Assembly (NCBI GenBank): GCA_973895155.1
Contig: OZ316892.1
Span: 15,912,940 to 15,976,939 of the forward strand
Direction of reading: 5' to 3'
Length of the DNA: 64,000 bases
Origin: Marsupella aquatica
Lineage: Eukaryota > Plantae > Marchantiophyta
In this document: piece by piece, positions 12,481 through 27,021 of the stretch
How positions within the stretch are numbered: position 1 is the first letter of the stretch
How the letters are laid out: the number at the start of each line of letters is the position of its first letter
Translations under genes and position numbers: made by a program
Notes under the pieces: generated by a model
Seen by the model: only the letters and a program-made list of their open reading frames with translations
The model's database searches: none
What the model was told of the DNA's origin: nothing

Positions 12481-13989
12481 CGTAGTTGTAGTAGTGGAAG
12501 ATGATGACACCCCCTCCACCACTTAGCTAGTAAGTAGTAAGTATAGCTAGCCCCCTACCATATTTGTGTTTATTTGATCAATATTATATATTTCTTGACA
12601 TTACATTTGTTTCTTAGTGTCTACTCTTGCATAAAACATATTCCTCAAAGTATACCTAATAGTTCTTTTAATCCCACTCAACTAAGAACTTCTAGAAATA
12701 CAATGTCCAATGGTCTATCCCATAGAACCGACATTGGATATGCATCTCACCTCAATAGGCTCAAAGCAGAAAATTTCCAATATCCAACGTAACGGACAAT
12801 CAACAATCCTCAACATCCGTTATCCCCAAGATCAGACCCCTTGTACAATGTTGTCCCAAAGAGGGGTCTGATATCTCAAGCTTTGGACCATTTCCGATGC
12901 CTACACTAACGCAAACCAATTCCATAGGCTTCTATAACGCAAACCAATGTCCCTTGTAACCAATATTGGACCCGGGATCGAAACATGTCTGATGTTCTTT
13001 GTGACGCACAACATATCCGATGATACAAACATCGGACCCATGTTACTAATTTTCCGCTTGAGTTTGCGATTTGTTTTGGTTCAGAATGTTTCCAAAGCAA
13101 TTTTTATGGGATATGTGTTGCAACGTGGAAACCATTGGTATAACAATATCCAATAAATATAGACATCAAAATGTACAAAGATGTTTGTATTGGACACCAT
13201 CTGATTCTCTCGGCTTTGGACACGTCAAAATAGCCACATTTTGAGTATCAGAAACACACCAAAATTGTACTAGTGGTTGGATGTGGGCCTAACTCAGGCT
13301 AATTTTGCTCATTCATAAATGAAAAAGAATGACATTGTGGTAGATAGAAATAGTAAAGTATATATTAGAAAAAACTATAATACAAGATTTTGTCTTTTAA
13401 CTGCGTGGTAGTCATTCAAATTTGCAGAATCTAGAGGAACTTAGTTGAGAAGGAAAAAATTAACAAAGAGAAACAAAGCACGGCAAAAAACTGAGGAAGA
13501 GGAAGAATCCATTTTGATCCTTCCGTGTTTGCTCTCCATTATAGTACAGTCCCCAATTCCCTTGGATCACCCCATTGTCCTTGCCAATACATTCCCTGGC
13601 TTAATGTCTTTGCCAATACAATCCTTGGCAATAGTGTCCGTGCCAGTGGGATCAGTCCTTCTCTATACAATAATGACCCATGCCCCAATGTACATTGGTT
13701 CAATCCAAGAGCAAACTCCATAAGTGCCAAATTTGGTTTAGTACAAGGCATCCTATTCTTCCTTCTCATTTTACCCAAAGGTTGCATTTTTTCCACCTTT
13801 TTGTAAACACAAACATGCCTGAAATTCTTTAGCTAAATGAGAACTTTATAACTGAAAAACCCTTGATAAGTGCATTTATACTCAAACTAAGAAGGTTGTA
13901 CACTTATCAGTAAGCACATAATCCCATGAGATGATAAGTGCACACCCTTTCTTAGTAGAGGAAAAGATGCACTTATGGAGTTGGACACC

Positions 13990-16429
13990 AAATTTAGGGC
14001 AAAGATTTAAATTTTGTGTGCCATTCCTAAGAAGGAATTTAGATAACTCCTCATGGCTCATATGCGGGGACTGGAACATGATTGAGAGGTGGGACGTTGC
14101 GGTTGGATCCAGTGCTCTCATACACGGCATGGAAGCTAGAAAATGGCACAAGTTGGTGGAGCATCTGGACCTTGTTGATAATTACCTTTGCGCTGGGGCA
14201 CAAATGGGACCCAAGTACACCCGACAATCTACTCACGCCCACAGGCTTGACCAATCCAGACTTGGATCAATCATACAACAGCAATAGCAATGATTGGTGT
14301 GAGTTTGTAAGAAGTTGCAAACACGATGGGAAGGAAACTCTCTCAGATCACATCTATGTTCTCACCACCTTTGTTCTTAAGCTTAGGGAGCCCACCGGGC
14401 CACAGAGAAAGTCAACATACTTCAAAATGGATGCCTCCTTGATTGATTCCCAGGAAATTGAGCTATTAGTGTGTGCAGCATGGGCTGAGCAAATGACCAA
14501 GACAAGGGACCCTTGGGTGAATTGGGACCTTGCTTGGGGTGTGGTCAAAAAGCCTACAAGGTGAAACTCGCAAGAGAGAAGATCAAAGGAAGTTTTCACA
14601 CATAGGGAATTATCTGCAAGAGCTTCGTATTGCTGCGGGCACAACACAGAGCGGGGACCTCATACAGAAGCTGCAACGAGAAGAAGAGAGGACACAACAA
14701 CAAGGGCTAGAGGAAGCAAGGAGATTGAAGATGAGGAGTCGGGCTCGATGGCTACAACTTGGCGAGGCCCCGACCAAGTATTTCTTCAATTAGCTTAGGC
14801 CAAACACGCCCGTGAAAGCATCAAGACATTGAAGATGTCTAATGGGGAATTGTGCGAGGATGAGGACCTAATCTTATAGGAAATCTCTAAATTTTACACG
14901 GGGCTGTATCAAAAAGACAAAGTTGTGCAAGACCACCTGGAACTGCAAGGGGATGTGCTCGATCTCATTACTGCAAAGGTTAATGGGGAAGACAACACAG
15001 CGCTGAGATGTCCACCTAGAGAGGAGGAAATTGAAAAGGTAATTAGTGAACTTCCTAAAGAAAAAGCTCCAAAAATCAATGGCATCACTGCTGAAGTACT
15101 ACAAAAAGGGTGGGATTTCATGAAACCGGCATGCCTGGCCATGATACATGCTTTCTGGGTGGATGACAAACTCACCTTGAAGGCCACTGCCGATGTCATC
15201 AAGCTGATCCCAAGATCAGGAGGTCACTGAGCTCAGCAATTGGAAGCCGCTGACCATGCTCACACTCACAGAAAAGATCATCGCCAAACTACTTGCCAAT
15301 CGAATGAAGAAAGTAGTCAGTAAGTTGGTCGACCCTCAGCAGACAGGATTCCTTGAAGGGCGTGATATCCTTGATAATTTGATGACCCTGGATATGGGTA
15401 GAGAAATGGCCAATCGTTCCAAGCAAGAAATTATTTTCCTTAAACTAGATTTTGCAAAAGCTTACGATAGGGTAGCACATTCTTTTCTTTGGGCCATCAT
15501 GAAAGCCATGAATGTTGATGATAAGGTCATTAGCTTGACTCAGGGTTTGGTGATTGATATGCAATCCAAGGTCCACATTAACAGGCATTTCACCGGACCT
15601 ATCATGCTTGGCAGGGGAGTACGACAGGGATGCCCCCTGTCCTTGATTCTTTTCACTCTGACAACTCAACCCTTGATGCTGCTGCTTAAGAAGTGACTGG
15701 ATGCAGGACAACTGAAAGGGATGGCCCTGCCAGATGGGAGCAAGCTTTGCAACCAGTTATTTGCTAACGATACAGGCCTTTTTCTAACAGCTACTGAAGA
15801 AGAGTTCAATACTGCATGCGACACTATTCTTTTGTACGAGAAGATCTCTGGGGCCATGTTGAACATTCATAAATCCCGGATTGTTCCCCTATACCTTGTA
15901 GGGGAAGTTTATCCGGACTGGTTTGTTGATACAGGTTGCAAAATCGCTCTGCCCGGGGAAACCATTGTGTACCTGGGGTGCCCAATTGGTTACAAGATTT
16001 GTCCCTCACAAGAGACTCATTTTCTACTTGGGAAGTGAGGAAGAGGCTATTCCACTGGTCCAATTGGAGCTTGACGATGGCGGGGAGGGCTATTTTACTC
16101 AAGCATGTGCTATGGGCCATACCCACCTATCACCTGATGACTCTGGATCTAAAGGCTTCAGGATACAAGGAACTTGAAAAGTTGTGTCGTAGGTTCCTTT
16201 GGGGGTCCACCCCAGCCCAGGGTCACAAGAAAGCCCTGATCGCATGGAAGACCATCACCATGCCCAAGGATCTTGGGGGTCTGGGCATTTTACCCTTCAC
16301 TTAACAGGCTCAGGCTTTGAAAATGCGACATGTTGTTAAGATCTTAACGGAAGAGAACAAAGAGTGGGTACGGATGGCAAATGAAATCCTCGAGAAAGGG
16401 CTCAACACCGGAGCTGGGAAGAAGGAACG
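13990..16429 (+). pseudogene. L1-type LINE ORF2 (AP endonuclease plus RT), 5' portion
   Basis: ICGDWN, SDH, GEAPTKYFF, KAPKINGI, KLDFAKAYDRV, GVRQGCPLS, LFANDT, YLGCPIG, PKDLGGLG; several stops and frameshifts. Confidence 0.93.
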
Positions 16430-16999
16430 TGTGACGCCAATGACATGGTCCTTATTCTATAATCTAATTAACTAGGCTGTTGTATGCAAGGAGTAGCTAT
16501 TGATATTGCATAACAATTAGCAAGCTGGCAAGAATAAGGGCAATCATGGCGTTAAGAGTAGTTATAAAGGTATTTCAGCTTGAAGATTGCACAACCAAGG
16601 CAGACACCGTTGAGGTAGGCATTGTCAAGGCCACAAAGGAGAAACTGGGGAAGCGAGGATCCAGCTCTTCAAGTATACCATCTTCTTGACAAGCAAGATG
16701 GAGCATGGATCGAGGCTCTTCAAGACGCCGGTACAGAGGCGGGTACGGAGGTAGGCGTGGTAATTCAAGGAAGCGAGTCTCCATAGCTGAACATGAAGCT
16801 ATGGGGTATGGTGATTGTTCTCAGGATGAAATCTAAATGTCTTGGGTGTGTAGCTTCATTTTGTTAGTTAGGTTAGTGGTTCATAGTCTAGTCTTAGAAT
16901 GTTAGGGAAATAAATGGCTATGTTGAGGGTGGTCGGCGACCATATCTCGTTTAATACGTCACCAAATCCGGATCTGTAAAGAGCATTGGAAAGATCTGG

Positions 17000-17386
17000 T
17001 CAAGGCGAGGAAAATCGATATAAAACACTCGGGAAACGGAGGTGTATTAAGATTGCCACAATCTCATCCACCATTTTTATCTCAACTTGTGTCTTATACT
17101 CTTCTAAATATTGGGTAACATCTCGCCCATCAAACCTACCTCTATTCGTGAGTACCGCCTGAAGGCATCTTGATGCCCTCATCTCCTGGTTCTCTCTCTC
17201 TCTCTCCACTGTTTCCCTTTCTCTCCTATCACTCTCACTAACCGCATCCTCTCTCTTCATTAGCTGCATGGCAGCCGCCATCATCCTAATCATGTCCTCC
17301 ATAGTCTCCTCTTTTTTGAAAGCCTCAGAAAAACTCTCTATAGTAGGACTAGTGTCTGAATCCATACACAAGCCGATAACCCTCAA
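17000..17386 (-). pseudogene. Gypsy-like gag N-terminal remnant
   Basis: GRFDGRDVTQYLEEY resembles the retrotransposon gag F.G..V..FL motif. Confidence 0.5.
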
Positions 17387-18401
17387 ACTATGGTTTCACT
17401 CTCTCTTCCCTCGAATGTTTGGTCACAACAAATCAGTTGTTATTCATAGTTGATCAGCCTCTTAGCTCCTTGAGCTGCCACTGTCGAACTGCCCCTCTAG
17501 AGATTAAGAAACCTAGCTCACCCTCAATCAATCAATCAATCATTTATTCAATCAATCCTTCATCTTAAGTAACCCTAATTATCTATTCTCATTTCTAAAT
17601 TCCTCGACCCATGGCTGCCCTTCTGCTCGCCTCCCTTAAGCTCTCAACCCTAAACAAACCTATGGCCCTCAATGATCGTTCTCCTTGCTCTTCTCTAACT
17701 CTTGTCTTATCTTCATTTTCCCTTTCTAGCTTTGTCTCACTCAAACCCCTATTCTTCTCACGTTCAACAGTTTCTAATGGCTTTCCCATACACTAATTGC
17801 ATGTCCCTAAAACTAATGATCCGCGAGTTCCCCAATATGGTCGCCACTCTTGTTCGGGGACCGGTTTAGAGCGATGTGAAAACTAGATTTCTTAATATTT
17901 TGGGTATAACCACCGTGCTAGCAAATAGTAAATAGATATTCTCATACGAGCCAATTTTGCCTCGTACAAGCAAAATTTTGTCTCGTACAAGTAAACAAGT
18001 TCCTCGTATGAGCATATCTATTTACTCGTATGAGTTTCTGTTTTCTTGTATGAGTTTCTGTTTTCTTGTATGAGTATATTTTTTTCTTGTATGCATTTCA
18101 GTTTCTTCTCTTCACGGTATGTAGCGTCCATATATGCAATAATTGTGCGGACAATATTATGGTGGGTCCCACCATTGTACAACATCAGAGGAAATTTCTT
18201 GACGATTTCACACAAGGACTCCAATATATTGCCACGAAATATGAAGTCGAAACAAAGTCATACAATACTAGCGCCCGACGCTAGTATTGTATTAGACAAA
18301 AAAACAACACTTTAAGAACTCACACTTCTGCCCGTTAGAAAAGACAAACTACAATTGTAGCTGTTCAACGATAAAGCAACAGTCTATGTTCTCGTTCCCA
18401 A

Positions 18402-21400
18402 CTACCTATCAAGTATGTAACGGACTTCTCCCAACGTTAGAATTGGCTGGCTACATAATGTCGAATCGAGCACATCCAGTTTGAACACATTCTTGAACAC
18501 CCAATACACATGTTTGCAAGGCATGTAAGGCTTCCGATAAGTATGCCGACGGTAGAAATCCTCGCAAGAGCAACATGGGAAACAACATATCTGAACCCAA
18601 TAAGAGGCGACTGATCTCTCATGTTCATGGGTCCGGATACAAAACTGTTTCCCCGACGCATTTCCACTCGTGATCTCTCTCTCCAATGACGCTCATCACT
18701 TCTTTTTCAGAGGCTTCCATTTTCTTCAAATGTGTTTGGGTAAGATGCACTCTTTGCAAGCATTTCTTCCCGTTCCTTGAAGCGCACCTCACAGATGGGT
18801 CAGTTAGGTTGATCCTCTCCGGGAAAAGATTGACATCAATCCATAACGCAGAAGCAACGGTGCTTTGATTTCATCTCCACGGCCTTCGGAGAGAATAAGT
18901 CCTTGTTCTTTCAAAAATTGAGTCTCTGCTCCAGAAAGATTGGTCCCTCTGGCAATTGGGAGATGTGAAGGAACATTGGGAATGTTCAAGACTCCTCTCC
19001 TTGTTGTGCTTTGGTGACAGTGGTTGTTGGGGCAAAACCATATCTGATCGTTATAAGGTTGCCCCCTGAACATTCTGCATCCTCTCACGGAAATTGCAAC
19101 AACACCATCTGGATTCGGAAGGCCAACCTTCTTTACTCGATTTTGACATTCATCACGACTACCTCCCCGTCCAAGTGTTCCGTTACACACTGGACCCGCA
19201 CCCCATTTTGAGGTCCGACGCAACTGCCAGGCACCGGGAGGTACTTCACTTTCCATTGGGGAAACTGAATGACAATATGCAGTCTTGACAGGTCTTGCAG
19301 GCGTCACTGGTGGGACAGAGGATCTTGTTGCTCGACGCGTAGGTGTGTCAATGACCACAACTTCCTCAGAAGCATCGCTTTCTGACAAATTATGGACCGC
19401 ATCAATTCCACCGGCTGAAGGCGTAGAAGGCATTTTCTCAAAATCAGTGGAATGCAGGTTTCTCCTTTTCAAACCTTTTGTATTTGGTGAAGTAACAAGG
19501 ATGGTATCATGCCTATGCGAGTCTTCTGCCGAGACGTTCCCAGTTGCATGTCCTTTTCGTTTCACCGATCGAGTTACAACATCACCATTCAATGGAACGC
19601 TTCTTTCCAAATCAAACTCAACAGCGTTCGACAGGAGGAGATTGGTGGCTTCCTCAAAGAGACGCGGTGACCCCGCCAGGTCCGCCGATCTGAAGGCAAG
19701 CTCAAAAATAGTTGGGCCAGTTCCTCTGCTCAATCCCCTTTTGTATGTAGTATAAGTAGCAATTTGAGCAACCGCTCTATTTTGGTCTGTTTTGCATCCT
19801 TCAAACAGACCAACCTTTTTTTCTGTTGCCATGCTTTCATTCCAGCATGCCTAGATTCCAAACCAGTACAATTAGGAATCATCCCAGCCTCTTCGGCACT
19901 CTTGCTCTAAAACATTGCACGCAAGGGTTTAGTACATGTAAGAAATTGCACACAAAAGTGGCAACACAATGGAAATAACAGTAGCGCCAGACGCTAATAA
20001 ACTGATGATGATATTCCATGTAAAGAACCATTTAACACAGAATAAAGGTAGTCCTTACATCACTCATAGTCCAAACGGATTATTAGCGCTCGGCGCTACT
20101 ATTGCGGATAAGGAACTCTTCTATCTCACACATGCTTCACTAGCGCCGAGCGCTATTAATGGGAACATGCATCCTAGAGCAGTGTATAACTCACCAGTCT
20201 TATGAAGTTCCCCCATTGTCTCCATCGGACAACCCACCAAGACAGCCACCCTTGCAGCATCCAAAGTTTGCTTGAGTGACAATTGCCAGACCTCCACCAG
20301 TCATCGATTTCCCTCGAGATTCGATATGCTTTCAAGAAAGTTGGCGCGTTCCGAAGATGATCCCACATCTCCTTGTGCTCTCCGTGCTTTCCATCTTTTA
20401 CACCTTCTCGGGAATGACGATGAAAAGATTGGAAAAAATGAAAGGCATCTGATCTTTCTCGCTCTGGGTCGGGTACACCGTCAAAGAACACGTTTCGAAC
20501 AACATTCCAACCAGCCAGAGCATTGTCCGCCATGAATCCCCGAATTGTAACATCCTATAAACCATTTTCATCGGCAACCTCTAACATCAAACGCCAGGCT
20601 CTCTCCAGAGATTTTGCATCTTCGGCCTTTAGCTCACAAGTGAATATGGTGCAAAGTGCCCGGTAATGATGATCATATACATGGGCATTGAAAGTAAGCC
20701 AATCTGCCGTGCTTCGATGCATCACGTCAAAACTTACCCATGAACCCTCTAATGACCCACCAGGTTTCATTCTTTGGAGCAGGTCCAGACCACTCCCGTC
20801 ACCTTTTACGGTCATTTTAAAGATATGAGCACTCTCATCCCAACAGCCTTGACCAGGGAGCAAGAACCTATGAAGAAAAGGCAGTCGGATACACTTTTGC
20901 ATCCTCACAAGAAATTCCAGTTCCCCTTTCCCCTTCTGATCTTGACGGACACTCCTTAACACGGATGCAAACTTTTGAGGAGATGTGACGACCATCAGGG
21001 ACTCCCAGATTTCCTTCTCTTCTTCAAGAGAGATTTCTTCAACAGAGGCCTCGCAAAATGTATTCGTCAGTGTCTCAGTCGCAGAGTTTTTAATCCTTAC
21101 TGGGGATGCCATGGGGTTTGCAGTGAATCCCTTCTCCAGATGAGACCTTGCAACCTTTTCTGCCTCCCTCGAAAAGACCCGTCGACTGGGATGATTGTAA
21201 AATCCCATATGAACAGCTAGTCGCGACATGTGGGCCAAAGACTTAACGTCAACTTTCGCAGATGGATAGATGTAGAACATTAGAGCAGGGCAGGCCTCAA
21301 CGCACATCGGAGGTTCGGAGCAATGGTGACAAACAACTCCACCTTCGGAGATCAATTCCCCAACTCGGAATGGGCCCGAAAGTTTTGGGGTTCTTGCCCA

Positions 21401-22195
21401 CATCTCATTATTTCGAAACTTGTTGTCTTTCCACCATGGACAAGCATTATTTTGACACTGCAGCGATCCCGTACACTGGACTTTCCCAAAATCCCACATT
21501 TTCTTCGGAAGAACATTTGAAGACGTTTTCACAATCCGAGTCCAATAATAACAATCCTTACCACGATCCATATCTTTCAAACGTTCACCTTTTGCGTTCA
21601 CACAGTCTACCGGGGGTAACTCAAAAACCACATTCCCATTGTAAGATGTGGGAAGACTAGGCACTACGTGATGAACAAAATCACTCCCCCTTATAAACCG
21701 AGACAATTCACTATGACCTTTGGATTTCAAGATTGTATCCATTGCACTCTGCCGGTACACAGTCAAAGGCACAATCTTTTCTCGATCCGCATTAGACTCC
21801 TTTTTAACCTCGGATGGGTAAACTGGAATCTTCTCTCCGAGAGTAGTTGTTGCTTGCTTATCATCTCCAAAACTTTCCGAGAGTTCGATGACATCGAGTT
21901 CAGCCATTGTGGGAGGATGAGTACAGGAGGCCCCAGAATCTCTCAAAACAAAAACCTCATATTCTTTCTGAGCCTCCAGAGTCCAATATCTTTGACCATG
22001 AACAACATCGTAGAAAACTGGAGTCTCCCCCAAACAAACCGACACTAACAAGATCGCTAAAATAGACTCCTTGGCGACATCAAATCTCACTCCCAAATAT
22101 TCCTCTGAAACACGCTTTGATTCAGATGATTTGAGGACGGGAATTGTGATTATATCCCGAGTGTCCTTCCTCGTGACAACAATATTTTGAGCCAT
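18402..22195 (-). pseudogene. MULE-type DDE transposase with N-terminal GCM/WRKY-like zinc finger and C-terminal SWIM finger; intron 19907-20194
   Basis: CTGSLQC..C, CHHC...C...C...HMGFYNHP; D1 FDVMH, D2 MADNA, DAFH (C/DxxH motif), E in PNCTGLESRHA after the splice; SWIM CSCEDF...PCKH; several frameshifts and stops. Confidence 0.8.
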
Positions 22196-23380
22196 GGCTT
22201 CAAAAGAGGGATATGCATTTGCCCCGCGCGAAATGAAATATGTTTATCATGAGATTCGAGTACGAGAAGTAAACGTTCCATTCTCATTATAGAGTCGTTA
22301 TAGATTTGGATGCACTCCATCAATGATGTTTTGTCATCTTACTAACGGCAGGATTCAGGTTCATAGTTACTAGCACCTGGCGCTACCTCTAAGTGTAAAA
22401 CACTCTTGGGTGAGGACTATGATCGTTCTTCGAGCGGGGACTCATCACCGAGCAGGCAAGGATTTGCGTGGTATGGATCGAGCGACTCGAATGACGACTC
22501 CGATGCGTACAAGCCAAGTTGGTGGGAAGACTGATTTCCCGTTGTCAGAGCGTATCGTTCGAGTGCTGGAGAGACTTGGAGGATCCATCGAGGTTGATAG
22601 GATCTATTTCCACTCATTTTTTTCCGATAGAAAACCCATATCGTTCCTTCCTCGTATGCCAGATTTCTAGTGTACTGCAACATTTTGTATATGAACGGCA
22701 CAGCCGTTTATTTTTACCTCGGTGTCAATGGTTTTGAATTCAGAAGACCAAGCTTTAATTTCCGGTTCTACTCCCGTGTTTGCATTGTATTTCTGAATGC
22801 GAACCTGATCTATTTCTTTGAAATGGCCGTAAACACTCGTTTGCTGTCAATGTTTTTACTAGCGTTCACGGCGCTATTATGAGAAACAAAGTGTCCGTAA
22901 CATTGTCGTGACATGTCTTATCTTTAAAGTGTTTTTGATAGCGTTGGGCGCTATTAATGAAAGGAATCACAAGTCAGACCTGTTCAGAGTTATTTTTACT
23001 TTTACGAGAAATCAAAAAGCATAGAAAATGTTGATTTCTGAATCTTAAATTAGGCCATAATCCTTATTGAAGGAGTGGTGATGGTCAGAAATTCAATTCC
23101 CTTGCACTTTGAAAACTCCTATCTACTCTCTCTCTAGTTTCAATCTTTGTTAATTCTAGTCTTTATTATTGCACCGTGAATCCTAAGGATTACCCACTTG
23201 AGTTTGTGGTTAAACACTTATGTTAAGGAGATCATTAGAAATCTCTCCAACCTAAGAATGTTGGTGTAAACTTCTCAAATCGTGTTAATTAGGTCTTTTT
23301 GATCTTATCCACTCCTAACGGGAACAAAATCGAGTTGTTAAGGAGTAAATAGTCATTTATCTCTTTATCACCTTGTTACA

Positions 23381-26300
23381 TTTGACGGAAATCATCGATT
23401 GTACTCGTGGTCAATCGTCACCAGGGACAATCTGAACAACTTGAAGTATCATCCTCGTGTGATTTGCGTTATTTTCAATGGTGACAGAGGTTCGCTAGTT
23501 GAGCTCGAGACGGCAATGCACACCGTGAACCAGTAAGTTCTATTCGTTAACTGTTGTTACCCCTGTCATTCATTTTGGACCAAACATGCTTTGCGAAAGT
23601 GTTCATTCCCCAATTTTTGCTAGCGCCCGGCGCTACTAATTCCTTTTCATTGCATCCAGGCTTGGACAAGCAGTCGTCGAGCCTTCCTGGATTCTTGACG
23701 CAGACAGAATTTCCCGAATTCTGTCACGTGATCTTGATCACTATAAGCCACTCATCGACAACGCAAACATGGCAAAGTTTGAGGCGATCCGAAAGAAGAC
23801 GAGAAAGGGGTCTTGGTTTACACATAAAATGCCACAGGATGCTCTCATCTACATTCTGTGTGTGGACAAAATCAAGTCTTACTCAAATCAATTTAAGTCT
23901 GATATGGCTTTAGCCAAAGCTCAAGGGGCTTCTTGGTCAGAAGAGGAGACCACAAAGAGGCATGAGGCAATGATGAAGGAGGTGACCAAAGATTGGTCGA
24001 TCAAAGTGACGAAGATCACCCCTTTACTTCATCCGGATTTTGGAGATTATTTGGGAACCTATGCTGAGATGTATCCCGTAACTGAGAAGAACAAACGGGA
24101 GAAGAAGCCAGACACAATTGCACAATGGATCGAGCCAGGTTGTTTACTGCTGTTTCATACCTGGATCCAAAATTGAGGTGCACCCTTCTAGTAGCCCATT
24201 GCACTCCCGAGATTCGGAAACAGTTTTTCCATCCTGCAAGTGTCAACGATGAGCCTGTGAAGCAGTGGTGCCATACATGGCCTACTTGGAATTCTGTGGA
24301 GGGAATTGCAACTGGAATGCTTCACACTTCCTTCAAACAGATTTCTGACCGGATGCCGGCTGACCGTCTCACAAAGTCTGGGTGTGAGTCAATGGAGGCC
24401 ATGCTTAAGATCATTCTCGATGAATTCAGAAACTTTGGGGATCTTGTTAAGGCAAAATTCTTCAACAACTTGTGGCCTTCCAAATATGCGGACAAGGAAG
24501 ATTACACAGCGGAACTGGAAGAGAGCCAAACGATATCTATACCGGTTTTACATGTGGATGGAGCTTAGATCTCCTGACACTCTGTGGGCATACCCGACTG
24601 CATTTCAGAAATGGGTGTCTATTGAAGAGGGAGACGCTCTTGCCGACCTTTATTTGATGTACCCAGCGGAGGGAAAGTTTCCACCACGTTCATTGTCGGA
24701 GTGGGAGAGACTTCACTGTCCGTGGTACCTCGACACAGACAAATGGGATTTACCGTTCGACGAAGCTGAGAAGGATGCCTTCATGAAGTTGCATAAGTCC
24801 CAGATCCCTGCCAACTATGTGTCTGCAATGAAGCAAGGTCTCCAGTCTGATGTTGATGAATCTGCATCTGAGTTATAGAAGAATTGTGAGTCTCTTGTCA
24901 TGCACGTTGACCAAAGCCGTAAGCCAAGAGCAAAGGCGAAGAATGAGTCAGCTGCACCAAGTGACTCCACAAGGTCCTTCAAGAAAAGTGAGTAGTCTAA
25001 GCGCTTTTTGGTTACTTGTTGGCGCTGCTTATGCAGGAGTTTCATTTGGAAATTCCTTTGATTAATAGCGCTTGGCGCTAGTCTGAAAGGTTGGACTCAT
25101 TCAAGTTTCTGTGCCTAACAGGAGGTCAAAAGTCCGACACGGAGGTCCCGGCTGCCGAAGGGAAGAATGATGCAACTCCTCAGGCATCGGAGGCAAACAC
25201 TGGAGCTCAAGAAACCCCGGATCAAGGGACCCCGGATGGTGCTGGCAAATCCATTGTCCCTGTTGACGCAACTAGCACGAAGAAAAAGAAAAAGAGAGGC
25301 GCCGGTGAGGACAGAGCAGCATCATCTACTCGAGACGTTATTTCCTGTGGACTCCAGAGAGATGTCGGGAATTTTAAGCGAAGGTGTTCTAGACACTGTT
25401 TTGTGGAGTCCAATTTAAACGAATTTTACGATTTGGTATTTAACAAGGGGATGAAGCCCATGTGGGTTACTAAAGTTGAGGCCTGGGGAAAGGAATTGGT
25501 AAAGTCAGGAGACAGAGAGAAGGGAGTAATGCGTGGCGGAAAAGAGAGGGGCTTTGGTGTGGATGCTGGTTTCATCTACATTCCCACTGGATTAAAACCA
25601 ACACTTCTTGATCGGAAGGTTCCCAATGGAACCTTCAGGATTACACTATTCCCAGCTCTCTCTTCCGAGCCATGGAGCCGTTCCTTGCAGACGATGGCCT
25701 ACTTGCAATTTTACACAGAGGAGACTATGATCAGGTATCTGAAGTGATTGCGGCTTGCCAGGATTCTAAGTGTTTCCAGTGTATTTCAACCCACGATGTG
25801 GTCATGACTACACCAATGTATAGGCCCCGATCTGATACTCAGGTAACAATTCCTCTTGCACATACTAGCGCTCGATGCTACTATCAGCATTCGCTATATC
25901 TACAATTCACTTATCTTTCGTAAGGATGAAGGGTTGACTAGCGCCAAGCGCTAATATATGTGTCTGTTTTCTTATACTGCCTTCATTGGGAAACTGTGTT
26001 GCAGATATTCACACTTACTCTTAATATATTTTGCCGCATTTTGACAAAGGGAAGGGTCCCGAAAGACCCCAAGTTCCAGCCACTATCAAATGAAGAAGAC
26101 CCTTCCGTCACTAACATTATTGGGTTTTCGTTGCCGCGACATGACCCGACTCCTGAGCTCCAATTTGCAGGAAATTCACGCTTGCCTGTGGGTTTCATGC
26201 AAACTATTTTGGAATTGGTGACTCTTCCTGGAGATATCGTTATGGACTGGACAGTGGGTTCCGGTAGTACGTTTGTGGCTGGAGATTATTCTGGTCGCTT

Positions 26301-27021
26301 TGTTGTTGGGCTGGAAAATTGGCCAGAGGTTGTTGTTACTTCCGGTAAGGTCTTCCTCGATCTTTTACAGAACAAAGAAGTGGTTGCACCAACTCCTCCT
26401 AAGAAGATTCCTGGAAGTAAGAAGCAGGACAGGCTCCGTGCTATTCTAAATTTTGATTCGGAAGACGAGGATGAGGGTGGCAATGCTTCTCAGCAATCTA
26501 AAGATGATGAGGTGTCGAAGAATGTGGTGGACCTTGGATCTGGAGATGAGGACAGTGAAGAGTCAGAAGAGTAATTTTCTTTAGCTTCTTTCTCTCATTG
26601 TATACTTTTTTCCAAAGAACTCCTCTACTCCCTTTTGTCTAGAAAATTCGCCCGATTTCCCGACTTCGACTAAAGAACTCCAGTTCAAATTCTCAGGTCA
26701 GAGTGGAATCTTTGGAGGCGTTTTCAACTTCGAAGGAACGTCTCTAGGAACGTTGTACAGACCCCGGAGAAGCCATTTGTTCTCCCCTCTTATGCTGAAA
26801 AGGCGGCACGACGGGCAGATTCAGTCAGGACGCTTACTTGGGAGAGTAAGGGTCTTAGACTCAGGAGAGGCTCAGATAGAAAGTTTGTGCAGAATCACTT
26901 TGTAGATGATATTGCAAAATCCAAGTATGTGGACGACGAAGCAGAGTCCACTGATAGATCAGAAAGTAGCGGTTTTGAATCGGGCTCAGAGTCGAGTGGT
27001 GGTTGTGGATCTGGTCTTTAG
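23381..27021 (+). pseudogene. Spliced ParB/Srx-like plus beta-class N4C/N6A DNA methyltransferase-like gene; exons ~23381-23532, 23660-24987, 25122-25842, 26005-26570, 26697-27021; 5' end not found
   Basis: FDGNHRLYSW; motif-IV-like VDAGFIYIPTG; PFLADDGLLAI; motif X/I QTILELVTLPGDIVMDWTVGSGSTFVAGDYSGRFVVGLE; GT-AG introns, three of which were checked and are in phase; last two exons conserved in copy 2; frameshifts inside exons 2 and 3. Confidence 0.7.

Larger units (their letters stand above)
1160..13275. mobile_element. Putative degenerate CACTA (En/Spm) element containing nested retroelements
   Basis: CACTAGTACAA at 1160 and its reverse complement TTGTACTAGTG ending at 13275; flanks CTT/GTT (2 of 3 match for a 3-bp TSD); TCCAAT/ATTGGA-rich subterminal regions; DUF4216-like remnant near 12210-12480. 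Confidence 0.55.

Noticed and set aside
22981-23380. Possible solo LTR truncating the 5' end of the ParB-MTase gene
   Set aside because: Has TG and CA ends but no TSD or second copy, so it is not called as a feature
23381-27021. Bacterial or phage contamination as the source of the ParB-MTase gene
   Set aside because: The gene has in-phase spliceosomal GT-AG introns, the last two conserved between two copies, and is embedded among plant TEs
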